Shown: positions 1-13,232 of the stretch, in pieces
Position numbering within the stretch: position 1 is the stretch's first letter
Layout: each line of letters begins with the position of its first letter
DNA from: Eutreptiella sp. 'Long Island Sound 2002'
Taxonomy: Eukaryota; Protista; Euglenida
Direction: 5' to 3'
DNA length: 64,000 bases
NCBI GenBank assembly: GCA_964036045.1
Contig: OZ038378.1
Location: 2,108,001-2,172,000, forward strand
Position numbers and translations under genes: made by a program
Notes under the pieces: generated by a model
Databases searched by the model: none
What the model saw: the letters and a program-made list of their open reading frames with translations, nothing else
Told to the model about the DNA's origin: nothing

Positions 1-119
1 ACGGCCGGGCGGCCGTCAGCACTACGATCGGGCTGACTGTGTTCCGGTGGCTCCACCCGGACTTTCCCATCTCACGCCTGATTGGCCTGTTGCAGATGCC
101 GGACCACATTGCAGCGTTG
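1..119 (+). CDS. Gene A exon (5'-partial), GRAAVSTTIGLTVFRWLHPDFPISRLIGLLQMPDHIAAL
   Basis: Frame open from nt 3 to a TTG|GTATGT donor at 119/120. Phase 0 joins the exon at 3294 to give DHIAAL-IPVPLVV. Confidence 0.72.
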
Positions 120-3100
120 GTATGTGCGGGCCCTGGGTCGCGAAGGGGCGCGCGCAGGAGCAGAGTGGCACTTAAACACGGGCACCGTTGGGAGGGGGGG
201 GAGCGTTGGGTTGGGTTGGGGGGGTACAAAAGCACCGTGACAGGACCAGTAGAATGACCGGAAACCAACAGGAAACACCCGGAAAACATGAGGACCCCAG
301 GAAGAGACCAACAGGAACACCGTGGGGGAGGGCTGCCTGCTGAGGTACCCGACCCCCTCTGGGGCCTCCAACCACAACAACCCCGTCGGGCTCCAAAATC
401 CCAACAGGCAGCGCCCCGTGAGGAACACACGAGACAAGTTCCTGGGGAGTGACAGGCCAATACCGCGAAACCACCAGGAACCTGTCACACGCCGCTGCGC
501 GGCACGCGGCCAAGCGTCGCGCCCCCAATCCCACGTTCGGGTGCAGCAGACCCCTTTGTGCGCGGACTCGAAGCGGGAGCCCCTGTCTGACCGGGCATCC
601 TCGGAATCGCTTTGTTGCTCCCCCGATTCCTTCGGAGGGCGGTTTGGCAGTCCAGGCTAAATAAGTGTGCCGGTTGGCACTTTCCGGGGACCAAGAAAAG
701 ATCCACTGGATCGTTCGCGGTCGACGAGAGTGTTGCATCGGATGCCTCCCTGACCTGATGAACCATCCCGCTCCACTCCTGAAGGGACAACCGGCGCACT
801 GCGCACCCCCTGCGCAGGGGGTGTCGGAACGAAATCCTTGGCGAACGGGCTGGTGGTAGAGCCCCTGAAAAGACCGTGCCTTGGAGGCTCGTGGTGGGGT
901 GTGGACTGCGCAGCGCAAATGCCTGTTACTGTCCGAAGATTGATGTTGGTGGGTGGGTGGGCCAGCCGGGCTGGGCCAGACCGGCCTCCCCCCCCCCCCC
1001 CCCCGCCCCAAGGATGTGTGAGAACGGCTGACCACCATAGGAGGAGCCCTCCTCTCCTCTCTCCTAATACCACCCCCCACCCCACACCCTTTTTGGGTCA
1101 CTACGCAACCTGATCGAGAAAAGGTTTTCTCAGCTCCTTCGGCACCTGTTCTTTCATGCAGACCTCAGGGAGTCTCGTCTCGTTTCCTGTTTCTTTTCAA
1201 GCATAATTGCCCCCTCCAAACACTTGGGAGAGAGGAGGATCCCCCCCCAGTCCATCACCTCTGTTGCGATGTGGGTCACGCGTACAGAAACCTGCGCTTG
1301 TGGTTTGCACATAGTGTCAGCATGGCGGCGGCACGTGTGCATACCGCTGCCAGCCATGCTTGTGCTCTGGGGCATGATATATTGACACGTGGTTGTATGA
1401 AACACGCCTCAGGACCGTTTCCTGCTTCATGATGAAACGGTCTCCTCAAACGCCCTATGCACGTATGGCCATTATCCGTTTGTGCCCCCTCCCCCCCACT
1501 ACTTGGTGGGTTTGTGCCCCCCCCCCCCCCGCCCCCACTACTTGGTGGGTTTGTGCCCCCCCCCCCCCCCACTACTTGGTGGTGATTTTCAGACGAATAA
1601 GGATACCCTGGGATCTGAGGGTCAATCATCATTCAAAACTGTAACTGTTCTGTGCGTCTATGTACAAGGTTGCCTTTATGCATATACGGTCATTTTCTGT
1701 TTGTGCCCCCCCCCCCCCCCCCTCCCCGCGGAGTGGGCTTTTGGGGGTGGTAGGTATAGGTACCCCGTCCTATTTTTGGGGACAAGTTCAGAACAAAAGG
1801 TTCAGGAGCCAAATGAAGCAGGGGAAAAGCAGTGCAAGGGCAAAAAAACATAAAACTAGGAGAACATCACTGTTGCTGAGACGGTAAATAGTGTACGAGA
1901 AATGAGTCAAATTATAATCCAAAACCTCTAAACTAGTCCTTTGCATCCCAAGTAACAGTTTGGCCAACATTGAAGTGAATGGGAGTGAGTCAAATACTCC
2001 TGCTTATTGTGTTAGGCGTGGTGTGGAATTCCTTTATGGGAAAATGGTCAATTTTAGTACTGTGGTTGGGGTCCTACCAGCAGCGACGTCGATACCCTAC
2101 TTTTAGCCCTTCGCATCCCTTGCCGGGTACTGTATCCCAACCATCTAAAAATCTTCTAAAACATGTTTTTTTAGTTCGTTGCCCGCGAAATAGCGCCCTC
2201 CATCTTTTTGTATGGAGGCTTGCGGTTCTGCATCTTTCCTGCGGCATTTTTTTTTGTATAACACGTTGCATGCTCCTAACACTGTGCTGCCAAATTGTCA
2301 TGGGGGGCCAGTCCTTCACACAGGCGACAAGTAAGCGTGCTGAGCAACCCCCCTCCCGCGTGCCCTTAAGTACCAACACCACCTCCCCACTCGCCGGCGG
2401 CTAGCACCCCCTCTCGGCCATCCTCGGGGTCACCTGCTCCCACGATTGTTGAGTTGCATTTTTGAGTTAAATTTCCGAAATCAGGTTTGCTGTCGAGTCG
2501 AGTCCTGCTGTTGAGTTGATTGTATTGGTTTTCATGGTGGGGTTGAGTCGATGTGGTGATTCGTGCTATTGGATCGAATGAATGGTTGAGTCGCATTGTG
2601 AGCTTGAGTTGTTGCGTTGGCCAGTGAGATCACCACTTATTCATAATCCCTTCCCCTTTGGGGTTCTCAGAAACCTGGGGACCCCCCGGCTGCCCATAGC
2701 TCTTCGCAACCCAATCTTCCCCCAAAACTGCCCCTCGTCATCATTACTCTCGGGGAGGGACAACACACAACACACTGCGCGAAGCGCTGTCGCAACAGCT
2801 CTTTGAAGCGTGACCTAAACCTCACCCCTCCCCCAAAACATCTGGGGTGCGGCTCACCTGCAGTACGGAAATAAAGCGTGGCAAACCCCGAGCAGCCAGT
2901 ATTTTCAAGGGTGTGGGGCAATGCACCCGATTTTCAAGCCCCTTTGAACATTATTCGGGACTACCATTGCCACTGGGGGTTCCAGGTGTAGTGTCGTATG
3001 TTTCTCACTGATGAGAACACGGCATGTAGCCGCGTTGCTCCTCTCTACTTTGTGGACCCCAACACTGCCGGGGTACTGTAGCAGTGTTACCTACCCTAAC

Positions 3101-3293
3101 GCCCCTCATGGACCTCTTTTTTTTCTTGCATGGGGACATTGGGGTTGTTTCTCAGTGAAACCGTCTGGAAGGCATGCGCTGTGAAGGTATTGACCCTGGT
3201 GTTCGCCTTCGTGACCATTAGGGGGGTTATAGGTGGGGGCGCGGTTTAATCGAGAAGGCATTGCAGGGCTGCCTCTGCCACTTCTGCTTGCAG

Positions 3294-3491
3294 ATACCGG
3301 TACCATTGGTTGTGCCTCAGCCCAAAGGCCTCGATATTTATTTCCCGTCCTATGTCGAAACGGCTGCCATCTGGAACAACGTCGTAACCGCCAAGCTACT
3401 GCACCATTTGGGCTGGACGCCCGAGTTTGAGGCCCATGAAGAGCACGTGGCCCATGGCAAACAATATAAGGGCCGGCTGCATATCAGTCTG
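3294..3491 (+). CDS. Gene A exon, IPVPLVVPQPKGLDIYFPSYVET...YKGRLHISL (66 aa)
   Basis: Pyrimidine-rich TTCTGCTTGCAG acceptor and CTG|GTATGT donor, phase 0/0, within ORF 3261..3572. Confidence 0.78.
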
Positions 3492-4187
3492 GTATGTCGG
3501 ACCTTTGCTTCCTCCAGGCAGACCCAGCGACCCTGTCGCCTGCGCTTCAAGAAGAGAGAAACCACAGGTTAGTGCAGTGAATGCGTATAGGGCCAGCTGG
3601 TTACAGTTACAAGAGCGGTTGGAGACTGGAGCTGGCGATTCCAAAACCGTTGGACCAGCAGTCGGAGTTGGAAGCAAGCAGTTGGGGGGGGAGGGGGGCT
3701 TAATATTTGCTCAAGAGCAACTACTGAGCCGTACTGAACAACAAGTTGCCTAAAACGCATCCTTGAACCTGCTTTCTTTGCTGAACCCGGTGGCTCTTCC
3801 CCCGGAGCAACCAGACCTGGCGCAGGTTGATCCAGATCGCTCAGCTCCCACGGACACAGCATCTAGCCTCGCATGCAGCACAGAGAACTCAAGGTGCTTT
3901 ATAACCCCAGAGCGCCCAGAGTGACTGGCATTCAACCCCCCCCACACCCACCCATCCATTGCATGGTCGTGAGTGACACCAACTCAAGAAAGCAAGGGCT
4001 ATTATAACTTAAGGTCTCAGAACAAAACCATTGCCAGTGGGGACAGTGCACAGTGCAAAGTTTTTGAACTGCTGGGAATACCGGGCTGCTATCCCAGGGA
4101 GAGGGACATTGGGTTAGGATCAGTATCAGGAATTCCTCTTTGCCGAAGTTAATGAAAGCACTGGACACCCCCCTGCAAGTGATGACC

Positions 4188-4516
4188 TTTATTGCGTTTT
4201 TTCCCCGCTGCGATTTTGGAGCCCAAAATCAAAGTGGACCAAAAATGCAACACACGGTCCCGGGCCCAATAGGACCAGCCCCCCCCCCCCCCTACAACTG
4301 ACGATGTTTATTGCGTTTTTTGCCCACCTCAATTGCTTTGGACAACATGGAACGATCCTCCCACTCTCCTGCATTTTCCGAAAACGCAATTAAAGTCACT
4401 TGTAAGGTGGGGGGAGTCCATGGATCCCTAGCCATTGGGCCCCGGAAGTTTTATTGCATTTTTGGTCCACTTCAATTTTTCGGCTCGAAAAATCAAAGTG
4501 GGCACGAAACGCAATA
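4188..4516. repeat. MITE-like inverted repeat with ~85-bp imperfect arms
   Basis: AAGTGGACCAAAAATGCAA...CCGGGCCCAAT at 4233-4271 is inverted at 4432-4471. Confidence 0.6.
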
Positions 4517-6713
4517 GAAGGGCACGCTCTTCGGGGCAGGGGTGGTCTCTTCCTCTGGATCCCAGGAATGGGTGGGGGCTTGCAGAGCCCGTTGGTAGCT
4601 CCAGCTGCTGGCAGGCGGGCAGGGGGCCCCACAGGGGCACGGGCAGTCCTCGGAGGGAGCAACCCGGATCCCCCTTGGCCACCTCGACTGACCACGTACT
4701 CTCCATAACCCACCCAACCCATCAAGCACACCTTGGGGAGCAGACAATGGCATGGCCGAATGGGGCTAGTGGCAAGCAAGTGCTTGCACGTGACCCAGAG
4801 AAGTGGCGTTGGGCCTGGCACGGGCTGCTGCTGAGCCTTGAGCAGTGCTGCACGACAGGGATCAGAAGGCTTCAAATATGCATGCATCTCAGCACATTTA
4901 TCAGGCACAATTGTTTTCAGTACTCCCACAGAAAACCAATCTGTTGCAGCATGTCTATTTGCAGGCATTCAAGCGCAATTTGCTGCCAGTGAAACCTCCG
5001 CCGCAGGTACCTGCTTCTGTATGGAAGCAGCAGCCTTTTGAGGCCCCTTGTATGCTTCAGCCCTCCGCTTCCCATGGAAAGCGTCAGTGCGACTAAAACA
5101 GTGACTAAAATAGCCGCCATCTCTTTGGCAGTGGCAGTTTTCACTGCCCTTTTAACAGGGAAAAGCTTTCCATCCTTTGTCCTGCAACACAAGCATACTA
5201 CAATGCCACAACATAGAATGCATGGCACAAGCCAATTTAGGCTCCACACAGTCCACCTGGACAGTGACCCCGCAGTGTGCAACGGAAGTGTAGGGGATGG
5301 CATGATTGCGACATTCAAATGTAGCAACCAAAAAACAACAACAATGACACCCCCTCCCCCCACCCCCACCCTCCTCACCCGAACAACAGGGGTTTTAAAG
5401 TCTAGAAGTGTAGCGCAGGTGTAGCCCTCAGAGGGTCATTTGCACTTTGCTGCTCCTCTTCCTACGTCCCTCCACCTCAGCGCTACCTCCACTGCCAGTC
5501 CCCTGGACTCCGTTCTCACATGTGCCCCTTACCTCCGCTACTGTCCTTGGGAGGCTGGGTGTCTCTTCTTGTCCTGCCCTTTGAGCTTCCCCTTCGCACA
5601 CCACTCACTGCACGCCTCAAACAGGGGCTGCAAATTGCAACCGCATTTCTCTAACTCTCAGAGTTGAATGGGGAATTCAAATTCGCCAAAGAAAAAAGCC
5701 GGGAAACTCTGACCTCCCCCTCAAACTGGGGGGTTGTTGAGGTCTCAGAGGTGGGCCTAAGGCTGGTGCTATGCTGGGAGATGGTATCCCTTGACCGGAC
5801 CCTCGAGATACAAACAGGAAGTGCTGACCCCCCATCCCCATCCCCGGGAGGCAGAGGAAACTGGCAATGGGGGTGTTGGTGATGGTGAGTCTGCAAGATT
5901 TGCATGCACACTGCGTTGGCCAAGCGCATGGCTTGTGACCACCCAAGCCACTAACTGTCGTTGGGGGGGTGGGGGGGAATTGGGCACTCACTCTTTCCCC
6001 GCCAGCCGAGGCAGATTAAAGTGAAAGAGTGAGTGGGTTCCGGTGGCAGAGGGCTCAGAACTCGCTTCCCCTCGCGTAATATGCGTACTCTGGAGATCTT
6101 GGCTCCTTCTGTGAGGGTGAGGGCTACACCCCTGCGGCGCCTGCAGCGTGCGGCAGGAATAATTCGGACAGCAAACAAGACAGGCAATGCACTGTCATTG
6201 TATTCACTACTTTTTCACACTCCACCCCTCTATGTTGTGCAACACGTCACCAAATTCGCAAGACAAGACAAGGCAATGTCTTTGGTTGCTCAGTAAAGAT
6301 CCTGCATTCGGAGAGAGACGGTGTCAACAGATCAATGTCCCCCCAACCCCCAACCCCGACCCCCCACCCACTCAGTGGGTTTTGTATAGGCAGGTACTCC
6401 AAATGGTCATAGAATGGTGTTTTTTCCTTCTTGTTGCAAGTTCCACTGTTTCTGCAGTTTAAGAGGATTATTTCTGCCCTGTGGCACCTGCGGTGCGCCC
6501 TGCGGCGCGCAGGTGTAGCCCTCTGTGGCCACATGCTGGCGAGGTTCAAGCCAAACTGAGTTGTCCCCTGCCACCCCACGGCAAGAACAGGGAGAGCCAC
6601 GTTGCAGACCCCCAGTGGGGAGTGTGGGGGGTCGCAGTTGCAGCCTTGATTTAACTGGTGCCCGCCATCGCCTGGCCACTCCACTCCCACTCTTCCCGGC
6701 CACATTCGCACAG

Positions 6714-7982
6714 GATTGGTTGGCAGCTTTCGTCGCCCTCACCAGCCCCGACAGCGCGTTCCCCCCAGAGTCACGGTCTTGCTCCTCCATCGCGAGCCTG
6801 TACCACTTCGTGCAGGGGGACAAGGGCGAGTGGCTGCAGCACCTGGCGGCATCCGCTGGCCCGGCTCCAGCGTTGTCCCCAAAGGGCAGCACCAACCGGC
6901 ACAGCAACGCGACGAGGTCCGCGACCTGTGTGGCCCCGGCCCCGGGCCCGGCCCCAGTCCTGCCTCCCACCCCGGGAGCCGGGGCCGGGCCGGGGACCAG
7001 GACTGCCACCGCGTCCAGCGCAACGCCCGCAGCCACAGTGCATGGGGCTCATGCACCCGCCGTCACCCTGTCAGCCCTGAGGGGGGGCGCCGCGGGCGCC
7101 CCCGCCCCAGCTCCGTCCCCCGCGTTGTCCTCCGGGGCAGCGACACCCGGCATGGCCGGCCCCGCGGCGTCCGGCGCCCCCGCGGGCCAGGGCCAGGGCG
7201 GGGGCGGTGGCGCGGCGGCGGGGCTGCTGCGGGAGCTATCGGAGCCGATGCCCGGGACCGGGCCGTTGGTGGACGACCCCCTCGCGCGCTCATGGTCGTG
7301 GTCCGAGGGCCCCGTCTCCGTCGACGAGTTCGTGGCCCGGATGTTCCGCCGGAGCAACACCTTCATCTACGGCAGCGGCCGCCTCACGGACAGCGTGGCG
7401 GCCCTGCTCAGCAAGGCCCTCCACGCGACGCACACGGTCAGCCGGAAGCCGCTCGCGCAGCAGGCCGCGTGCATGCGGCAGCCGGTGCGGGAGTGGCTCG
7501 TGCAGCTCGGGCGGCCGCCGGCAGAGTCCGGGATGCAGATCTCGTTGACGGCGCCGCTGGACGCGCTGCAGGACGACCAGGAGTTCTGGCTGGGCCCCAG
7601 GGCGGCTGCGGGTGCGGAGGCCTCGTTTGTGTTGACGGGGTCGGAGGTGAAGCAGTTGGCAGACGGGGCCGTGCTGAGTTACCTGGAGCCTCTGATGCCG
7701 CCGGGCAGCATTCTGAAGGCCGGGTACGCGGAGCAGGACCACACGGCCACGCAGCTGCTCGTGCTCTGCGGGGACATCTACGTGACGTTCGACTCGGAGT
7801 TCCGGCCGCAAAGGAGGGCGCCGAGGCCCGTGTGCTGCTGCTCCGTCCCTGGCATCAACTTCGCGTACTCCCCGGCAGACGCGACAGAGTTCATGGAGCA
7901 CGGGCTGATCAACCGGCCAAAGGCGTTGAGGCGGATGTGCAGCATCTGGGCCCATGTCTTTCTGTGCATGCAGAAGCGTGAG
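6714..7982 (+). CDS. Gene A large exon (423 aa): end of N-terminal domain, Ala/Pro/Gly linker, start of PARG-like macrodomain region
   Basis: CACAG acceptor at 6713 and GAG|GTGTGA donor just before the ORF stop. Very GC-rich codons. Joins the next exon as QKRE-VTYPCLNAIGCGAF. Confidence 0.9.
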
Positions 7983-10094
7983 GTGTGAGTTGTGCTCCCC
8001 CAGCCCTGTCTTCAGCCACCGGGCCACGTTGGCTCAGCCGCCATAGCACATGACGCTGGGTGTTGTAGTTCGCCCTGTAGCAGCCACGTCCGCCCCTTGC
8101 CATGGCCCCATGCGCTGCACCAACTTGGACTGCGTGCGTTTGTCGAAGCGTCTGCACGGGTTGACCATGATCGGGATGGGTGTCATGATCGAGCCGGTGA
8201 CCAAAGGGGGCGCAAGGGAAGCGAGCAAGAAGTGGTCCTGGCCCCCGGCGAACACCTTTTTGCGCCCGGACTACCCATCGCTATTAGACACATCCCTGCC
8301 TGGCCCTGACCATGTAGCCTGCCTCTCCCTCTTCCCTCTCCCTCTCTCTCTCCTCTCTTCTGTTTCTCTGTCTCTCTCCCCTTTCTCTCTCTTCTCTCTC
8401 CCCCTCCTCTCTCTGGCTCTCTCACTTGCTCATTAAGATCATGCCTCAAACCACCCCCGTATGGTGCCCGTAGGGTGTGTATACTCCCTCTTTGGGGTGC
8501 ACCATGCACCGTGCAGGCGCATCTTTTGCCCCTCCCCCCCAACCATCTATTGTATAGTGGCCTGTGCAGCGACATGCTGCCTTGCAGTCTTCTGTCTCTC
8601 TCTCCCTCACACACACACACACACGCACAGGGCCACGGCAGGGAGAAAAATCAATGGCATCAAGAGGTGCCGGGACAATACCCAGAGAACTGCCAAAGGC
8701 ATGAACTGATTGCGTGAAAAAACCACCCCCACGGCGGGGCAATGGGCAATTGGCACACACACACACACTCCCTCTCTCTCCCTCTCTCTCAACCCCTTCA
8801 CACGGACAAGGCAGGAGAAGTCAGTGCTCCCAGCACCACAGATCACTCAGTGCCTCTTCCTCACCCCAATGGCGGCTGGAACTGTGGCGCAGTCAATGGC
8901 AGATCATTCGTCACCTGCCCCAAGGAGGTGCAACGACATCTGTTGCGCTGCAGCAATGCAGCGAACGACGCTAGGCGGTGCAGCGGCAGGCACGGGCAAG
9001 CGGCCAATGGAGCAGGCGCCAAGAGGGCGGTGGGCCGCCAGCGCTCACCCTCACGCACTCCCACAGGCAGTGTGGCAATCTGGGAAGCACCGGACACCAA
9101 GTGCCCCGGGAGAGGAGGAGCTCGCCGCTCTGCGCAGCACTTTGTGGCGGACTTGTACATGGATCCGACGATGGTGGATCACCCCACGCAGGGGCTCGGT
9201 GAGCAGGCGTAGTGGTGTTCTCTCCCAGCGGGGGCCAGGCATCGCCGCAAGCCAGAGGTCAGGAAAAGCTGCAGCGTGTGGCTTTGTGAGGTCCACCATA
9301 GATCCCAACGTGTGGCGTGCGCAGCCATAGGTCGAGGAGTACGGAGCAGCAGGGGGCATATGGGCCACCCACAGGGCGCGCCCATGAGACGCACGACTGC
9401 GCAGCGCCCACTGGCCGGTCGCATTTCACCGGGGAACACGCCGAACGGCCAAGAGGAGGCGGCAGAAGGCACCACTTTGGTCCGCCCTCAGCAGGCGGAC
9501 AGCAGACTGCGAGCGGTTGCGGTCTGGGGCACCCAGAGAGCCCCACACAACAGGCGACAAGTGCTAGCGCCAGAGGCTGGCACAATGTGTCATGGGTGCG
9601 CGGTGACCGAGGTCGTGTAATCGCCCACTCTGGGAGGCTGTTGCCAGGGTAGGCCAGATCCGGGGACTCGAGCCCTTCTGCCAGACCCAGTATGGCCTAT
9701 GATCCCGTATGCGTGCTGACCCCACTGGCCCATGCGGGTGATACCCGCTCACCCACGCACAATCGGACCCTATGGAACTCGTAGACCCCGGCAGGGCTGG
9801 CCTCCACAGGGCCTTCGAACACCGAGCACATGGTTATCTGCAGGTGGTGGGATTGTAGGAATGTTGAACCTCACAGTTTGGGCACGAGTGAATGGCGGCC
9901 TTGGCACAAAAACACCATCTGCTGCAGGGCGCGGTCGGGGTGCATGGCCTGTATGTAGTCTTGCTGTCGTGCTGAAATGGAGGAAAGGACACCATGGGCG
10001 CAATCACCAAACATTGCTGCAGTGCGGACAGAGCCGTAGATGTGCTGTATGTTAGCGAACACTGTGAATTTGCTTCAAATGATTGGGCGTCACG

Positions 10095-10096
<2 letters not shown>

Positions 10097-10135
<39 letters not shown>
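10097..10135. repeat. (CT)n microsatellite serving as the polypyrimidine tract
   Basis: Ends about 30 nt upstream of the 10167 acceptor AG. Confidence 0.9.
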
Positions 10136-10139
<4 letters not shown>

Positions 10140-10167
10140 CCTCCCCGGCCATGTCACAACCGTTCAG

Positions 10168-10380
10168 GTCACATATCCATGTCTGAATGCAATCGGCTGT
10201 GGGGCCTTCAAAGGGTCACAGGCTGGCGTCCCGGAACTATGGGCCCAGGCCTTGTTTGACGTCCTGAGTGCCTGGGACTACGGCTTCAAGACCGTCATCC
10301 TGTGCCTCCCCACGTTCGGGGACGACAATGTCACTGCGTTCAAGACGGTCTTCCACCGCAAAACATCGGAGAACGGAGAG
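10168..10380 (+). CDS. Gene A exon containing the AIGCGAFKG loop (71 aa)
   Basis: TTCAG acceptor downstream of a (CT)n tract and GAG|GTCGAT donor. GCGAF matches the ADP-ribose-binding loop of PARG-type macrodomains. Confidence 0.88.
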
Positions 10381-11337
10381 GTCGATGGGTGCCCCCCCTC
10401 GCAGGGGAGGGCAGAGTTCCATGCAACAACCCAGCACCAGGAGGGCGGTGGTGGGCTGGGGTTCCCAGAAGCCGCCCCCCGCACCCCCCACCCCACACAC
10501 ACCCGCCCCAGACCCCGTTAAATGATTGGACAAATTTTTCCTCTGCGACTCCGGCACAAATTTTCGTTCTTCAGCCTGCACCTCTGTCTGGTACCTCTGT
10601 CAGTTCATGATAATGGGGGATGCCATTGCATGCAGGCCACAGCTCAGTGGGCAAAATACAGGGGGGAGGGGGGCACGGGTCAGAGGCCACAGAAACTTTT
10701 TGTACCTAAAAGCGGCGTCAACCTTCCCTCCTCACTGATGAATTTCCTTTTTTTCCTACGAAAAATTGTTCTCTGGGTGGATGGATCGGATGTGGGCCCC
10801 AAACCCCCCCCCCCCCCAAGAAAGTCGTGGCCGGATTGCATGTCATGTCCAAAGCTGCGGTCTTTTTTGCCAGATTTCCGGAAAAGGCCTGAGACCGCCA
10901 TTATCCAACATGGCATGGCAGCTGTTGGTGACTGGGTGAATGCATTTGGCCGTTTGTCAGTTGACAATAATAATTAGCCTCTGAAATTTCAGATGAGGAG
11001 CAGGGGGGGGGGGGCGGGGGAGCAGGCGGGCGCCCCCCCTCCCTCGATTCCCAAAGCCAGGCTCAAGATCAGGTGTGCTGGCGGTTCGCACCCCGGTAGC
11101 CGTCACCAGAGCGGAGGCAGTGAAGGGACTCTCTCAAGCGGAGCCGGGTGCGGGGAGCCCAACCCTCGACAAGGTCTGGGGCCATGTGATGCGCGCGCAT
11201 GCACGGCAGCACAGGTCTCAGCCCTCTGGTGGCCACCCCTGAAAGGGGTGGGCGTCAGGTGTGGGGGAAATGGACCAAAAGGAATGGGCTGAGCCCTCGG
11301 TCCTGAAGCTCTCAGTGGAACGAGATCACGTGGGTCA

Positions 11338-11396
11338 GGGGCCATAGCGCAGCCCGCCTGACCAGGGGATCCCGGGTTTGAGTCCCGGAGCGGGGC
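11338..11396 (+). pseudogene. tRNA-derived degenerate sequence
   Basis: tRNA-like start GGGGCCATAGCGCAG and T-arm CCGGG-TTTGAGT-CCCGG. D-arm is truncated and the acceptor stem is unpaired. Confidence 0.4.
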
Positions 11397-12332
11397 ACGG
11401 GTATCACCTCTTCGCCATCTTCGGCGCTCTCCGAGGGGACGCCGCTGAGTCGCATGGGACTACCGGCGGTTGGTTGGTGCCGGAGAATGCCTGGGTATTC
11501 GACCTCAAACGCTGTCCGCGGGCCCTCAGGGCCCAGGCACTGCACATGGACCGGGAGGCTGTGGCAGGTTCCGGTCTGCGCCAGAGTGTCGACCCCCCCC
11601 CCACCCCCCGTTCAGAGGGACGTGGTGGTGGGTCGGGTGTGGCCTGCTTGCCCGGGCCAAGTGGGCCTTTGATCGTTTTGTTGGGGAAAGTGAAAGGGAC
11701 TCAGCCCCCCCCCCCCCCCCCCCGAAGCCATCCCCCCCCCCTCCCCACAATAAAACAGTGACGGCAGAACGTGGACAGTTGATGGAGCAGAGTACAGGTG
11801 AGCACAGGCGCCGCGATCTGAACCCACGGTAGATATCCTGATCCTGCTTTGATGGGGTGCAAAGGCTCTGGCGGGACTGAGCACCTTCAGTTCGAGAACC
11901 CTGAAGCCCTGCTGTGGTGCCGCTCCATGCTTTGAATGTGTCGTGCAGCCCTTCCCCGCACAGGGGTTGGGGTGGTGATGTTGTGGCAGCACAGCCAGGG
12001 TGGGATGCGAAAGGACGTTGTCAGCGGATTGCATCGCCAAGGGCCGCCCTGGCCCTATCGAAAGGCAACAAATCACAGTTTGCAGTGCAACCAGGGCGCT
12101 ACGCAGGGCATAGGGCGACAGCGTCGCACATTCCAAGAAAGTTATGCCGGAACGTTCTACAGTGTTGCATGCAACCCCCGACAACAACAACAACAACACC
12201 AAGGGGTATGATGCCAAGCAACCACTCTGTACATCCCCATGGGTGCTAGAGTACTCGCATGGCCACCAAATGATGACCCGAGCCCATAAAAGAGCCCGTA
12301 GAAGAATGATGATCTACACCCAAAAGCCAAAT

Positions 12333-13232
12333 CACCTCGAAGAGAGGATTATAGATCAAGTGTGGGCGCGGACGCCATACAGCCCCGCTTTTTGGGGGTC
12401 GTTCGCGTAGCATACCCCAAGGCATGATATTGGATGTCTAACCTCTTGTAAAATCATTATTTTTCTCGACAAATGATTCCCCAATGGATTTTTTTTTTGA
12501 GCCCTCTATCCCCCTGAAACCGGATACCACATTTTAGGGGGGTGGGGATCCTCCTGACAGGGCTAAGCAGACCCTAGTGGTGAGTGCCATACTTCGCTTG
12601 AGCGAACCGGCGGGGGGTAATCGCCGAGACCACCACCGGGGGCCTGCAGCGCGGGCGCCACACCACGGGCTGGGGTCTGAGCGAAGGTTAATGCCGTATG
12701 GATCCTTAATGTCTTGACCACCACAACCCGCCGCCATGGAGAAACAGAAATGGTGGGGTCAAGACAGCGGCTTGGCGGACCTTCATGAGAAGAAGGAGAA
12801 GACCGACACTGCATCATGCGGTGAAGGATAAACGGGTGACTGTCCTGGGCCCCGTAAAGCAACCAGAGATGGACTTTATGTCACACAGGGGGGTGGGGAG
12901 TCAAACGTTTGCGCTTTGAAGGATTTGAACCAGGGCCGGGTAAAACAGAATGGCTCGTTGATGAATCTGTACCGACGGTTGCCGGCCAGGATACCAACCA
13001 GCGCCAGGCAGGCCGTCCGGCGAGTGTTTTACCGCTCGACCACTGGTTGCTGCATACAGATCAGTCCCCACTGCTTGTACCTGTTGGCTGCCACCAAAAA
13101 AGCCAAATTGTGTTTTTCCGCCTGCCTGTTTGCCTGCCTGCTTGCCTGACTGACTGCCTGACTGACTGCTGGACTGACTGACTGATTGGCTGACTGTCAG
13201 CCTAACTGACTGATGCTAGTCACTTCGAGGTG
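12333..13232. mobile_element. CACCTCGAAG inverted-repeat element (MITE-like)
   Basis: CACCTCGAAG at 12333 and CTTCGAGGTG at 13223. The left ~150 bp is shared with copies at 22475, 31336 and 32126. Confidence 0.6.

Noticed and set aside
172-1101. 309-aa minus ORF, and a + frame interrupted by TGA codons (possible alternative code)
   Set aside because: Lies within a gene A intron, has no recognisable motifs and crosses homopolymer runs. Both real genes use the standard code, and gene A ends in TGA.
6407-8027. Overlapping alternative-frame and antisense ORFs (e.g. 6716..7981, 7290..8027)
   Set aside because: Shadow ORFs of a very GC-rich exon. Only the 6525 frame splices coherently.
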